Shown one piece after another: positions 35,370 through 44,473 of a stretch of DNA of 64,000 bases. The position numbers were made by a program, and so were the translations under genes. Origin of the DNA: Candidatus Poseidoniaceae archaeon (lineage in GTDB: Archaea; Thermoplasmatota; Poseidoniia; Poseidoniales; Poseidoniaceae). The stretch is from NCBI GenBank assembly GCA_949373075.1, contig CASIBX010000005.1:5873-69872 (forward strand), in the 5' to 3' direction. The notes beneath the pieces were generated by a model, which had not been told where the DNA came from, did no database searches, and saw only the letters and a list, made by a program, of their open reading frames with translations. Every line of letters begins with the position of its first letter. The first letter of the stretch is position 1.

Positions 35370-38300
35370 ATGTCAACGAACACCCGCGACCGCCGACGAA
35401 TCGCAAGTTCACTCTTGCTCGCTATGATGTTTTTATTTGCTGATTTGGCACTTCCACAAGCAGTGCCCGACTGGACAAATGAGGTACTAGAAGATGAAAC
35501 CACCGTATTTCAAACTGTATCCACATTTAGTCCATCGAAGGATACAGCTATCGATTCGTCAAATCCTATGTCGAACTATGGCTCTGATGAAACTGTAAAT
35601 TTGGGTTCAACATTCACAGGAGAATCAAAAATCTTGATTTCATTCAACAATACTGTTCCGGGAACTGACTTAGTTACAGATGCTGTATTGAAATTAACCT
35701 GTGGAGTCGACCCCTTAGATTTAGGAGCCATAAATATTTACAACTCACGCCTCCTAAAATCTTGGGATGAAGGAAATTCGACATGGGAAGACGCTGCCAA
35801 TGGAGTTTCATGGGAATTACCAGGGGCGGAAGGAACTTCTGATTATGACTCTTGGGAACCACCATTCTACGGATATGCAAACAATACCTTTTCAATTAAC
35901 GTAACCGCTGTTGTTCAGGACGCTGTAGCAAACTCACGCAGTACAATCGAACTTATCCTTGCAGCAACGGGAACACAGTATGAATGCCAGATGTCTGAGT
36001 CTCCAAACAGTGGTGGCCTACCGTATCTAGAGATATCACACCAAACTGGAAGCCATACTAACGGAGGCTCTCTAACACCTAACTTTGTAGAGGATGGAGC
36101 TGCTTTGATGGATGACAGTCAATTCGTTCTTAGTGCGGCGGCTAATCCTGAATTGTCATGGGAAGGGCTAACTGGAAGTCATGCACAAATCCAACTTTCA
36201 ATGTCAGAAAATTTCTTGTCAAGTGACGACGACAATTGGTATTACAATACCAAAGATAACTCTTCTATATTCACACTTAATTCGGGTGATGGAGAAATGA
36301 CTGTACCTACGGGAGATGAACTTTCGAACTCTTCGACTATGCATTACAGAATGCGTTCAATAGACAGTAACGAAACCATTGGCTCTTGGGTCACAGGATA
36401 TTTCCACCTACCTGGCCATAGTATCACGATGAGCGGCAATTATGGTACGCTATCCGTTGGGTTTGATGATCTAGGGTTAACTGAAAATACAATCGAAGAT
36501 ACCTTCATCGATTCAAATGACAAGAACACCAATCTGGGCAGTGAAGAGAACTTTACTGTTGGTTCATCATCGAGTTCAGACCAGTATGGGTTAATGCGCC
36601 TGAACCTAGATGACCTCGGATTGCATCATAATTCCTCTATTATTTCGGCTAACATAGTGATGACAAGAGACTCTTTCAGCAGTTCAGCAGATGTTAGTCT
36701 ACATGTGATGGACGGTGAAGATTGGACTGAAGATAGCGTTACTTGGCGAAAGTATGATGGTACCAACAACTGGAATGATGGCGGAAGAGTTCCATCGATG
36801 TCTGTAGGTAATTTCACTGGTTCACAATCCAGTTCAACTATTGAAGTTGACATCGCAGTGGCCTTACAACATTGGATCGATGAGAATAATGACGCTATAC
36901 AAGCGGGGTTGTCGCCTGAAAGTTCACTTGATTTGCTCATGGTAGCCTCTACCTTTGGAATCGAAGAGTTGAGCACACAATCTGTGAAAATTTGTGCAAC
37001 AGAATCATTAACTTGCAATCAACCAAAAATCGAGATAACCTATGATTGGGATAGTAACGGACCTCCTGAGATCCCAACACATGTCGCTCCACTTGACGGG
37101 CATGGCGTGTGGGATTTAATCGGAGACAACCTAACTGGAGATACCAATCCAACACTTAGTTGGAATGGTTCGATCGTTTGGAGTGGCGACATGATCATGC
37201 AGGTTGCAAAAGACCCAGAGTACCGCGAAATCATACATTCGTTTAACACAGGAGATTCCTCAACATCGTTTGCTTCATCAGATGGAAATTGGACTGTCAG
37301 CAGTACAGATACACTTCAAGATGGTGTGATGTACCATTGGAGATTAGCACAACAAGACTCCACTACTAACCATCACTCTTGGTGGGAAACATCTTCATTC
37401 CTTGTATCTGGATTAGAATCAGAGTACATTCAGGATGATGAACATCGCTTACGATTATCTCATGGTAACGCAACCACTGCAGGGGATTCTCCTGACTGTG
37501 GCGACACATACATCGACAGTGGAACACCAAACAGCAACTACAACGGCGAAGATGATATGCAAGTATCATACAACACATTCCCATCTGAAACCTCGATTAT
37601 CCTCGGTTGTGATTTGACAAGTCATCTACTTCCATCTGGCTATGCTGTGCAAACTGCAACACTGAAAATGCGACTATCTGACTACCCTATTGGAAGTCCA
37701 AAGATTGGAGCATGGGAAAGTCGACAGCACAATTGGACTGAAGAAGGAGCAACTTGGCAATCTTATGACGGAAATTCTGCAAACTCTTGGGGCACCTCGG
37801 GTGCTAAAGGCTGGGAGCGTGCTGGATTATTGGATTCAATAACACTTGGCGGTACTTATTCTGCAGGAGATTGGGTAGAGTTCGATATTACCCTCGCTGT
37901 GCAAAATGCAATGCGAGAAGATAGAGCAGTAGATTTGGTTCTGGGTATTGTTGGAGTAGGTAGTGGCGTTGATAGAGACGCTTTGTTCTATCCAAATAGT
38001 GCCTCCTCTTCGAACCGTCCTGAAATATCTTTCATCTATGTACCTGGTTCAGATGCTTTACCTTCAGAACCGGTACCACAATCACCTCTGAATGGATCCT
38101 GGTCAGTCGAAAACGGAATTAATCCAGCGCCTGAACAATCCCCTCAATTATCATGGAATTTCTCATCGACAGCTGTTACAATAGGTGGATGGTCAATCGA
38201 ATTAGACACATCTCCTAATTTTGACTCGGCCGACTTATTGATGGCTACCAGTTGGACGGACTCTGGATTTGACATTACGAACCAAACATACGACATTGCT

Positions 38301-41300
38301 AGCCCACTTGATACAGGTGAAACTTGGCATTGGAGGGTAAGAGCTACCAGTTCAACCAATCAAATTGGAAACTGGTCGAATTCGTTCCACTTTTTACTCC
38401 CAGACATTACGACTTGGAGTATCGATTCAAATTCAGCGGCAGTTGAATTGCACCACAGAGAAGCAATGCCTTCCCTGAACATACCTAATTTCATCGACTC
38501 TTGGGTTGCAGATTCAGGAATCGGCTCCACTGCAGACCAATCTTCATCCTCTTCGATGAAGGTAGGCACAGATAGTAACGGAGCAAATGCCACAGGGTTA
38601 CTAAAGATACCTTTGACAGAGTTACCTAATCCACAAAACGCACACATTGCGAATGCTGTACTGAACTTGTATGCCGAATTCGGTTCAGATACTGGCAACT
38701 CAGTATCGATTCATCCAGCACTTGTTGCTTGGAATACAAGTGCTAATGGCACGACCTATGATGGAGTGAATAACTGGTCCTCACCAGGTGCCATGGGTAC
38801 TGGCGACAGAGGATTGTTAGTTGATGTTCAAGATAGTGGGTCTGCTACTTGGATGAGCTTTGATGTAACTGAATTAGTTCAAGCGGCCTTTGCAAATGGA
38901 GATTCACACGTATCTTTGTTAGTTGTAGGATCTGTGGATGAGGGACAGACAACGTTCACCACTACCGAAGGAACCAGTAGCGATAGGCCATGGATAAACA
39001 TGACTTGGGCCACAGGAAATGCCTCATCTCCTGAAAGCGCAGGTAGCAATTCAAACCCAACGCCCAATCAAATAATCTGGGACACATCGACACACGCATT
39101 ACTTCCTGGAAGCACCCCGAGTCTTACATGGACCCATTCTAATCCATCGAATGTAGATGATTGGAGAGTATTCATCTGGAATGATTATTCAGATGAAAGA
39201 GCAGGTTGGACTGTATATGATAGCCGAGATTCTTCTAATGGATGGGATATTGCCAACCTAACTTGGACTTCGCCTTCGAGTCTTTCAGCCGGAGATTCAT
39301 ACGAATGGTTTGTCCAACCGATTACCAATGACATCCTTGGTTCTCGTGGCACTGACACTATATTCCACATACCAGCAAGTACTGGTGCATCCATCAATTC
39401 CACAGATGCTTACATCACTTTACAAGAAGGCCAAATTGTAGAGGCATTAAATTATCCAGCCATATTCATGGATACTTATCTTGATTCAGGTAATGCAAAT
39501 TCCGCCTATGAAGGGGGAACTGAACTGATAATCGGACGTTCAAACTATACTACTGCACAGAACCATTACACAGAGTCGATGATAATGGTGGATTGGTCGA
39601 CACTACCTATTCCAAGTTCTCACGAATTCTTTGATTCGGAATTGACACTGCACAAGGTTAGCGGTGGAGATATAAATCAAGAATCAGTTAGAATCGCAGT
39701 TTGTGAAGTACAAGATACCTGGAATCAAAGTGCTACTATGAATGGACCAACAGGAGCTAATTCGACTTGGACCAATCCTAAATGCGACATTCCGTTTGAA
39801 ATAAAAACTATGGATTATCAAGATAACACCATCGATTTAGACATCACATATGCTGTCCAACATGCTCATGCTGCAGGTTTAGACAAAGTGAATTTATTGT
39901 TCAAAATCGTTAGTGATACCGATGAAGAGTGGCACTTCGCAAGCAGTGACTATACCGATGATGAAACAAAGCGTCCTGAAGTCAAACTTGAATGGAGAAC
40001 TGGTACTCAATGGCTGCCATCACCTGCAATGAGCCTGCTACCTGCCGATGGTTCAACGATTTGGAATGAAACTTCATCTAGGCCTCGTGGTGCTGATGAT
40101 GTAACCATGAATTGGACGGGTGTTGAATCTAATGAAACACGCTGGGTTATGCAATCCTCAACTTCTGCTCATTTCACAAATGAAAATGAGACTTGGTTGA
40201 TGGACCTTACAGATAATAATACGTTCAACGGAACATGGGACTATTCCAGCCTCGCTTACACAACCAGCGATAATATCGAATGGGGAGATTATTGGATATA
40301 CTGGAGAGTTAGGGCTGAGCAAGACCACCGCTTAGGAACATGGTCCAGTGTCAACTCATTCCGAGTGCCAGGAATTCTTGGAAGTGACGACGGCGCTGGA
40401 AACAATACTATCGTACTGTATGATGGTTCTGTATTCAACCAAACCTCATCTCTGCCAGGCGTTCCAGATGCAACAATCGATTCCAGTCGTTCCAATAATT
40501 CTCTAGGCAATAATGGCGAATTAGACTTGGGGATCTCTGCAGGCGGCTCAGGAGAATCTATGATATTACTAACATTTGATTTGTCAGAATTACCATTCCC
40601 TTCTGCTATGACTCCTACAAACGTTCTGCTATCACTATACAGGTATGATGTCAATGGAACATCATCTCAAACTGTAAGTGTTCATGCCTGTGATACATTC
40701 AATGAAAGGAGTGTAACTTGGAATACAGCACCTTCGTGTTCGAGTACTGAAGTCACTCGCACTACATTGCTAATATTCCCTCCAGATGGTTGGCAGGAAT
40801 GGGACCTTACATCATTGGCTCAATCTAATATTGCAAATGGAAATAACACTCTGTCCATTATGCTAAAATCAGTTGGAACCCCGACTTCAGGGCACTCATT
40901 CTATGATAATTCATACAATGATTCGATTAAGCCTAAATTGATTTTAGAATATGTTGACAACGTTGACGGAGTTATACCTCCTTCTCAACCAGTACTAAAC
41001 AATCCAATCGATGGAGCTATTCTGTATAACACAACTAATTGGGTATTAGAATCTCTTGACAAACCTGAATTAACTTGGAATTCTGTAACAAATGCAACAG
41101 GATATGTCGTGACTATTGCAAGCACAGGTGGCCAATTAAAGTACAAATCTTGGGAAGATAGTGAGATTAACGGAACTACATTCACTTTCAGCCAGGACTT
41201 GGTAGAAGGTAGCGTTTACAGTTGGTGGGTACAAGCCATAAATGGATCTATACCTGGACCTTCTTCAAGTCGAAGGTCGTTCGCAATTGGTTCTCCTGTC

Positions 41301-44300
41301 GATAACACGTACAATGACGACCATACGTGGACATATAATTTCCAAACCGGCAATGAAGTTGCTGATTTAGGTCACACCAATATCAGAGACTCATACATTG
41401 GTAGTGGATTCGCAAACCAAAATCATGGTTCTGAATCAATGATGGTAGGAACAAATTGTGAAGGCGCTAATACAGAATGTCGCATGATTATCGCTCTGGA
41501 TAACGACCAAGTTCCTCTACCACCTGGTGCTAAAATCCATTCCGCATCAATCAAATTAAGTACAGAATCTCCTTTGGTTGGTAATTTAACTTTGAACGTT
41601 CATCGTCTGCTAACAAATTCATGGACGCAATCTGGTTCGACTTGGAATAACTCAGCTGGTGGAACTCCATGGTCTGCAGCAGGAATGACTGCGGGAGTTG
41701 AATATGAAGCATCACCAATTTATTCGAAAACCATTAATCCGGCTGTGAGTGAAGTTTGGTTAGAATTAGGACATTCTGGAATGTTGATAGATGGAGACCA
41801 TGCTTGGATAGTAATTGGAACTTCAACTGTAGGAGCACCAGGCTGGATTGAATTCTTTTCAAGTGAAAGTTCTCTGGATTATAGGCCTACGATTCTCATA
41901 AATTACACAGATGTCCATTCTGCATCAGTATCACCTACAGGGACTACTACTGATGCTGACACGCCAGTACAATTCTCACATATCCTGAACGATGCTGCAG
42001 GAGGAAATGTAGCAGAAGACGTAGTATGGTCTACGACTGATGGCACAATTAACACGACTGGAATGTTTACTCCTAAACAAATAGGTACGCACAGCATTAC
42101 AGCATGCTTTGGAGTTATTTGCGCTACTGAGCAAATCACTGTAACGCCGGGGCTGCCGGTAACTCTGATTGTTGAAGATGTAGAGGAAACAATAACCGCC
42201 GATGATACATTTACTGTAATAGCAATGGTACATGACCAACATGGAAACATTGTTCCAGGCCAGACTATCTCGTACACTCCATCTAATGGAACTATGAGTG
42301 GTAGCACATACTATCCATACAGTTCTGGCAACCAGGTTGTAAGCGTATTCTGGAATGGTCAAAGCATTGCTGTGAATATTGAAGTGGTTGGCGGAATACC
42401 AACCCATTACGTTACAACAGGATGTGAAAGCGTGGTCAATGCAGGAGAAACTTGTCAACTAAATTGGACATTGCACGACCAATTTGGCAACATGCTAGAT
42501 CTAGCAGTTGGTGGCGGAATCACATGGACTACTGGAGGCGGTGTTTTCACTGAAGCCAACGGAACTTACTACGCAACCACCGTAGGAGATTACAACATTA
42601 CAATGCAATCAACTGGCGGAATAAGCCATGTAATCCCTATTACAGTGGATCATGGAGAGATGGTGAGCCTAGAGATTATCGCATCTGAAACCTTCGTTAC
42701 AGCGGATGACACTGTGTGGTTGAACACTACAAGAATTGACATAATGGGTAACAGGTTGTCCGTAGAGTTACCACTTGCAAACTGGACGGTAAGTGATGGA
42801 CTATTGGTAGAAGGCTTACCTGCAGAGTGGCATGCTCAGCGCCGTGGTTCTAAGACGATTACCGGAAGTTATGCTGGAATGGAAAGTAGTGTCGTCATCC
42901 AAGTAGTTGAAGGAGCGATTACTGGATTAGTATTGGTTATCGACTCTGAAGATTCAACTAACTCATTGCAAGAGATTACTGCTGATGATGAGATTACTAT
43001 CAAGGTCAAAGCTCATGATTCAGATGGAAACCGTTGGACTGAGAATGTCGCTTGGACTATTGAGCACATTCAATTTAGTGACCAAAGCGTACTGCAAGAG
43101 ATGACTTATGGAAGCACGACAATGTTTGTACCTGTGTTCTCATCTGATTCTACTTACACACTACGTGCCACTTATACAGACTCAAACATCACGCTTGATG
43201 TCACACTAGACATATCAGTGGCGCACGGATACTTGGTAAATGTAGCATTAGAACTCCCTAATTCATTGTCACAGAATATTGATGCTGACAATAATCTGCA
43301 GTTCCTTCCTAAGTTAACAGACAGTGATGGAAATATAATCGATTCATCCATTGTGTCTTACTCTTTGAAGGACTTAACTTCAAGAAATGTGACTAACATT
43401 ACCGATATCATCGTTGGAAACGGTGGTGTTTGGGAAGCTAGTACTGTTGGTGATTGGGAGATCACCGCATGGGCAATGTCTGGAAATGGCTACATGATCA
43501 ATGAGACTGTTTCGATTACAGTCCAGCATGGAGATGCAGTTAGTGTTGCAATCGATGTGATTGCAAATACGGCTAAGGCAGGAGACCAGTATAGTCTAAC
43601 TATTACTGGAACTGATTCTGATGGAAACACGTTTTTGGAGAGTGTACTATGGACGCAAAACAACAAGGCTGTACCATCTTCCACAATCTATGGAAATTCA
43701 GGTGAATACAACTGGAATGCCACAACTGCAGGTGATCACACCTTCAAATTCCGCTCACCGAGCGGGGCCGAGAATGAATGGACTGTGACTGTATCTGCAC
43801 ACCAGACAGTCTCAAGAATTGAATTGACCATTGCTGATGAAACAGTGCAGCAATTAGAGACCTTTGAAATCGAAGTGCATACTTTCGATGCGTGGGAAAA
43901 TGAAATCCCTGTCCCTCCTGAAACTCAAGTTGAATTAACTGGTCGCATGACTGCAGAAGCCGGAGAGAATGGATTCTGGACAATCACTACATTGGATGAT
44001 GAGAAACAAACTGTAACCATCAAGGTACACAGTGTCGAGGCATCTAGTACTATTGTTGTTGAAGGAAATTTCATGGGCTTCTTTGAATCCGGTGGAACTC
44101 TTTACTATGCAGGAGGAATTTTGGCTATTCTAGTTGTGATTGTTCTGTTAGTGGTTATCGTTATGGTATTCCGTTCCGGAAATTCCGAATATGAGGATGA
44201 AGATGAGGATGATGACGGTTACTACCCGGAAGAGAAATCTGAACAGAGTCCTGCGGCTGTAGGCCCTGGACCTAGCGGCCCTCCACAGGTGAAAACTGGC

Positions 44301-44423
44301 AGAGAAGATTGGATGTCAGACTATCGTGTTGAAGACGACGGTACTGAATGGGCTGAAGATGGTGAGGCATCTTGGTGGTTCCGTGATGCTGGAACATCTG
44401 AATGGCAAGAGTGGACCGATTAA
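35370..44423 (+). CDS. Giant (3017-aa) surface protein: 7x [DNRLRE-like + FN3-like] super-repeat, ~8 Ig-like (Big_2-like) domains, TM anchor, acidic/Trp-rich tail
   Basis: The start is taken at MSTNTRDRRRIASSLLLAMMFLFADLALPQA, a signal that may be Tat-type. D(T/S)xIDS...N.G motifs begin at nt 35541, 36498, 37503, 38496, 39471, 40466 and 41388. Interleaved modules end in W/Y-x-W-R-V. Ig-like repeats delimited by ITVxxG run from about 41920 to 44050. The TM helix is at about 44098-44172. Confidence 0.85.
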   Translation: MSTNTRDRRRIASSLLLAMMFLFADLALPQAVPDWTNEVLEDETTVFQTVSTFSPSKDTAIDSSNPMSNYGSDETVNLGSTFTGESKILISFNNTVPGTDLVTDAVLKLTCGVDPLDLGAINIYNSRLLKSWDEGNSTWEDAANGVSWELPGAEGTSDYDSWEPPFYGYANNTFSINVTAVVQDAVANSRSTIELILAATGTQYECQMSESPNSGGLPYLEISHQTGSHTNGGSLTPNFVEDGAALMDDSQFVLSAAANPELSWEGLTGSHAQIQLSMSENFLSSDDDNWYYNTKDNSSIFTLNSGDGEMTVPTGDELSNSSTMHYRMRSIDSNETIGSWVTGYFHLPGHSITMSGNYGTLSVGFDDLGLTENTIEDTFIDSNDKNTNLGSEENFTVGSSSSSDQYGLMRLNLDDLGLHHNSSIISANIVMTRDSFSSSADVSLHVMDGEDWTEDSVTWRKYDGTNNWNDGGRVPSMSVGNFTGSQSSSTIEVDIAVALQHWIDENNDAIQAGLSPESSLDLLMVASTFGIEELSTQSVKICATESLTCNQPKIEITYDWDSNGPPEIPTHVAPLDGHGVWDLIGDNLTGDTNPTLSWNGSIVWSGDMIMQVAKDPEYREIIHSFNTGDSSTSFASSDGNWTVSSTDTLQDGVMYHWRLAQQDSTTNHHSWWETSSFLVSGLESEYIQDDEHRLRLSHGNATTAGDSPDCGDTYIDSGTPNSNYNGEDDMQVSYNTFPSETSIILGCDLTSHLLPSGYAVQTATLKMRLSDYPIGSPKIGAWESRQHNWTEEGATWQSYDGNSANSWGTSGAKGWERAGLLDSITLGGTYSAGDWVEFDITLAVQNAMREDRAVDLVLGIVGVGSGVDRDALFYPNSASSSNRPEISFIYVPGSDALPSEPVPQSPLNGSWSVENGINPAPEQSPQLSWNFSSTAVTIGGWSIELDTSPNFDSADLLMATSWTDSGFDITNQTYDIASPLDTGETWHWRVRATSSTNQIGNWSNSFHFLLPDITTWSIDSNSAAVELHHREAMPSLNIPNFIDSWVADSGIGSTADQSSSSSMKVGTDSNGANATGLLKIPLTELPNPQNAHIANAVLNLYAEFGSDTGNSVSIHPALVAWNTSANGTTYDGVNNWSSPGAMGTGDRGLLVDVQDSGSATWMSFDVTELVQAAFANGDSHVSLLVVGSVDEGQTTFTTTEGTSSDRPWINMTWATGNASSPESAGSNSNPTPNQIIWDTSTHALLPGSTPSLTWTHSNPSNVDDWRVFIWNDYSDERAGWTVYDSRDSSNGWDIANLTWTSPSSLSAGDSYEWFVQPITNDILGSRGTDTIFHIPASTGASINSTDAYITLQEGQIVEALNYPAIFMDTYLDSGNANSAYEGGTELIIGRSNYTTAQNHYTESMIMVDWSTLPIPSSHEFFDSELTLHKVSGGDINQESVRIAVCEVQDTWNQSATMNGPTGANSTWTNPKCDIPFEIKTMDYQDNTIDLDITYAVQHAHAAGLDKVNLLFKIVSDTDEEWHFASSDYTDDETKRPEVKLEWRTGTQWLPSPAMSLLPADGSTIWNETSSRPRGADDVTMNWTGVESNETRWVMQSSTSAHFTNENETWLMDLTDNNTFNGTWDYSSLAYTTSDNIEWGDYWIYWRVRAEQDHRLGTWSSVNSFRVPGILGSDDGAGNNTIVLYDGSVFNQTSSLPGVPDATIDSSRSNNSLGNNGELDLGISAGGSGESMILLTFDLSELPFPSAMTPTNVLLSLYRYDVNGTSSQTVSVHACDTFNERSVTWNTAPSCSSTEVTRTTLLIFPPDGWQEWDLTSLAQSNIANGNNTLSIMLKSVGTPTSGHSFYDNSYNDSIKPKLILEYVDNVDGVIPPSQPVLNNPIDGAILYNTTNWVLESLDKPELTWNSVTNATGYVVTIASTGGQLKYKSWEDSEINGTTFTFSQDLVEGSVYSWWVQAINGSIPGPSSSRRSFAIGSPVDNTYNDDHTWTYNFQTGNEVADLGHTNIRDSYIGSGFANQNHGSESMMVGTNCEGANTECRMIIALDNDQVPLPPGAKIHSASIKLSTESPLVGNLTLNVHRLLTNSWTQSGSTWNNSAGGTPWSAAGMTAGVEYEASPIYSKTINPAVSEVWLELGHSGMLIDGDHAWIVIGTSTVGAPGWIEFFSSESSLDYRPTILINYTDVHSASVSPTGTTTDADTPVQFSHILNDAAGGNVAEDVVWSTTDGTINTTGMFTPKQIGTHSITACFGVICATEQITVTPGLPVTLIVEDVEETITADDTFTVIAMVHDQHGNIVPGQTISYTPSNGTMSGSTYYPYSSGNQVVSVFWNGQSIAVNIEVVGGIPTHYVTTGCESVVNAGETCQLNWTLHDQFGNMLDLAVGGGITWTTGGGVFTEANGTYYATTVGDYNITMQSTGGISHVIPITVDHGEMVSLEIIASETFVTADDTVWLNTTRIDIMGNRLSVELPLANWTVSDGLLVEGLPAEWHAQRRGSKTITGSYAGMESSVVIQVVEGAITGLVLVIDSEDSTNSLQEITADDEITIKVKAHDSDGNRWTENVAWTIEHIQFSDQSVLQEMTYGSTTMFVPVFSSDSTYTLRATYTDSNITLDVTLDISVAHGYLVNVALELPNSLSQNIDADNNLQFLPKLTDSDGNIIDSSIVSYSLKDLTSRNVTNITDIIVGNGGVWEASTVGDWEITAWAMSGNGYMINETVSITVQHGDAVSVAIDVIANTAKAGDQYSLTITGTDSDGNTFLESVLWTQNNKAVPSSTIYGNSGEYNWNATTAGDHTFKFRSPSGAENEWTVTVSAHQTVSRIELTIADETVQQLETFEIEVHTFDAWENEIPVPPETQVELTGRMTAEAGENGFWTITTLDDEKQTVTIKVHSVEASSTIVVEGNFMGFFESGGTLYYAGGILAILVVIVLLVVIVMVFRSGNSEYEDEDEDDDGYYPEEKSEQSPAAVGPGPSGPPQVKTGREDWMSDYRVEDDGTEWAEDGEASWWFRDAGTSEWQEWTD

Positions 44424-44473
44424 TCGGTAACTTAGATAATCTAAGAATGTGATTTTAGAATGGAGATGGTGTA

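Noticed and set aside
34970-35443. 157-aa + strand ORF spanning the rfcS 5' end and the intergenic region
   Set aside because: It is antisense to rfcS for most of its length and out of frame with the giant gene. No recognisable motif.
35674-44000. Numerous 60-160-aa antisense ORFs inside the giant gene (for example 36626-37018, 38360-38698, 40289-40654, 41903-42307 and 41976-42458)
   Set aside because: These are shadow ORFs on the opposite strand of a continuous 9-kb ORF with clear domain structure. Their translations are low-complexity and Ser/Cys/Val-rich, with no motifs.
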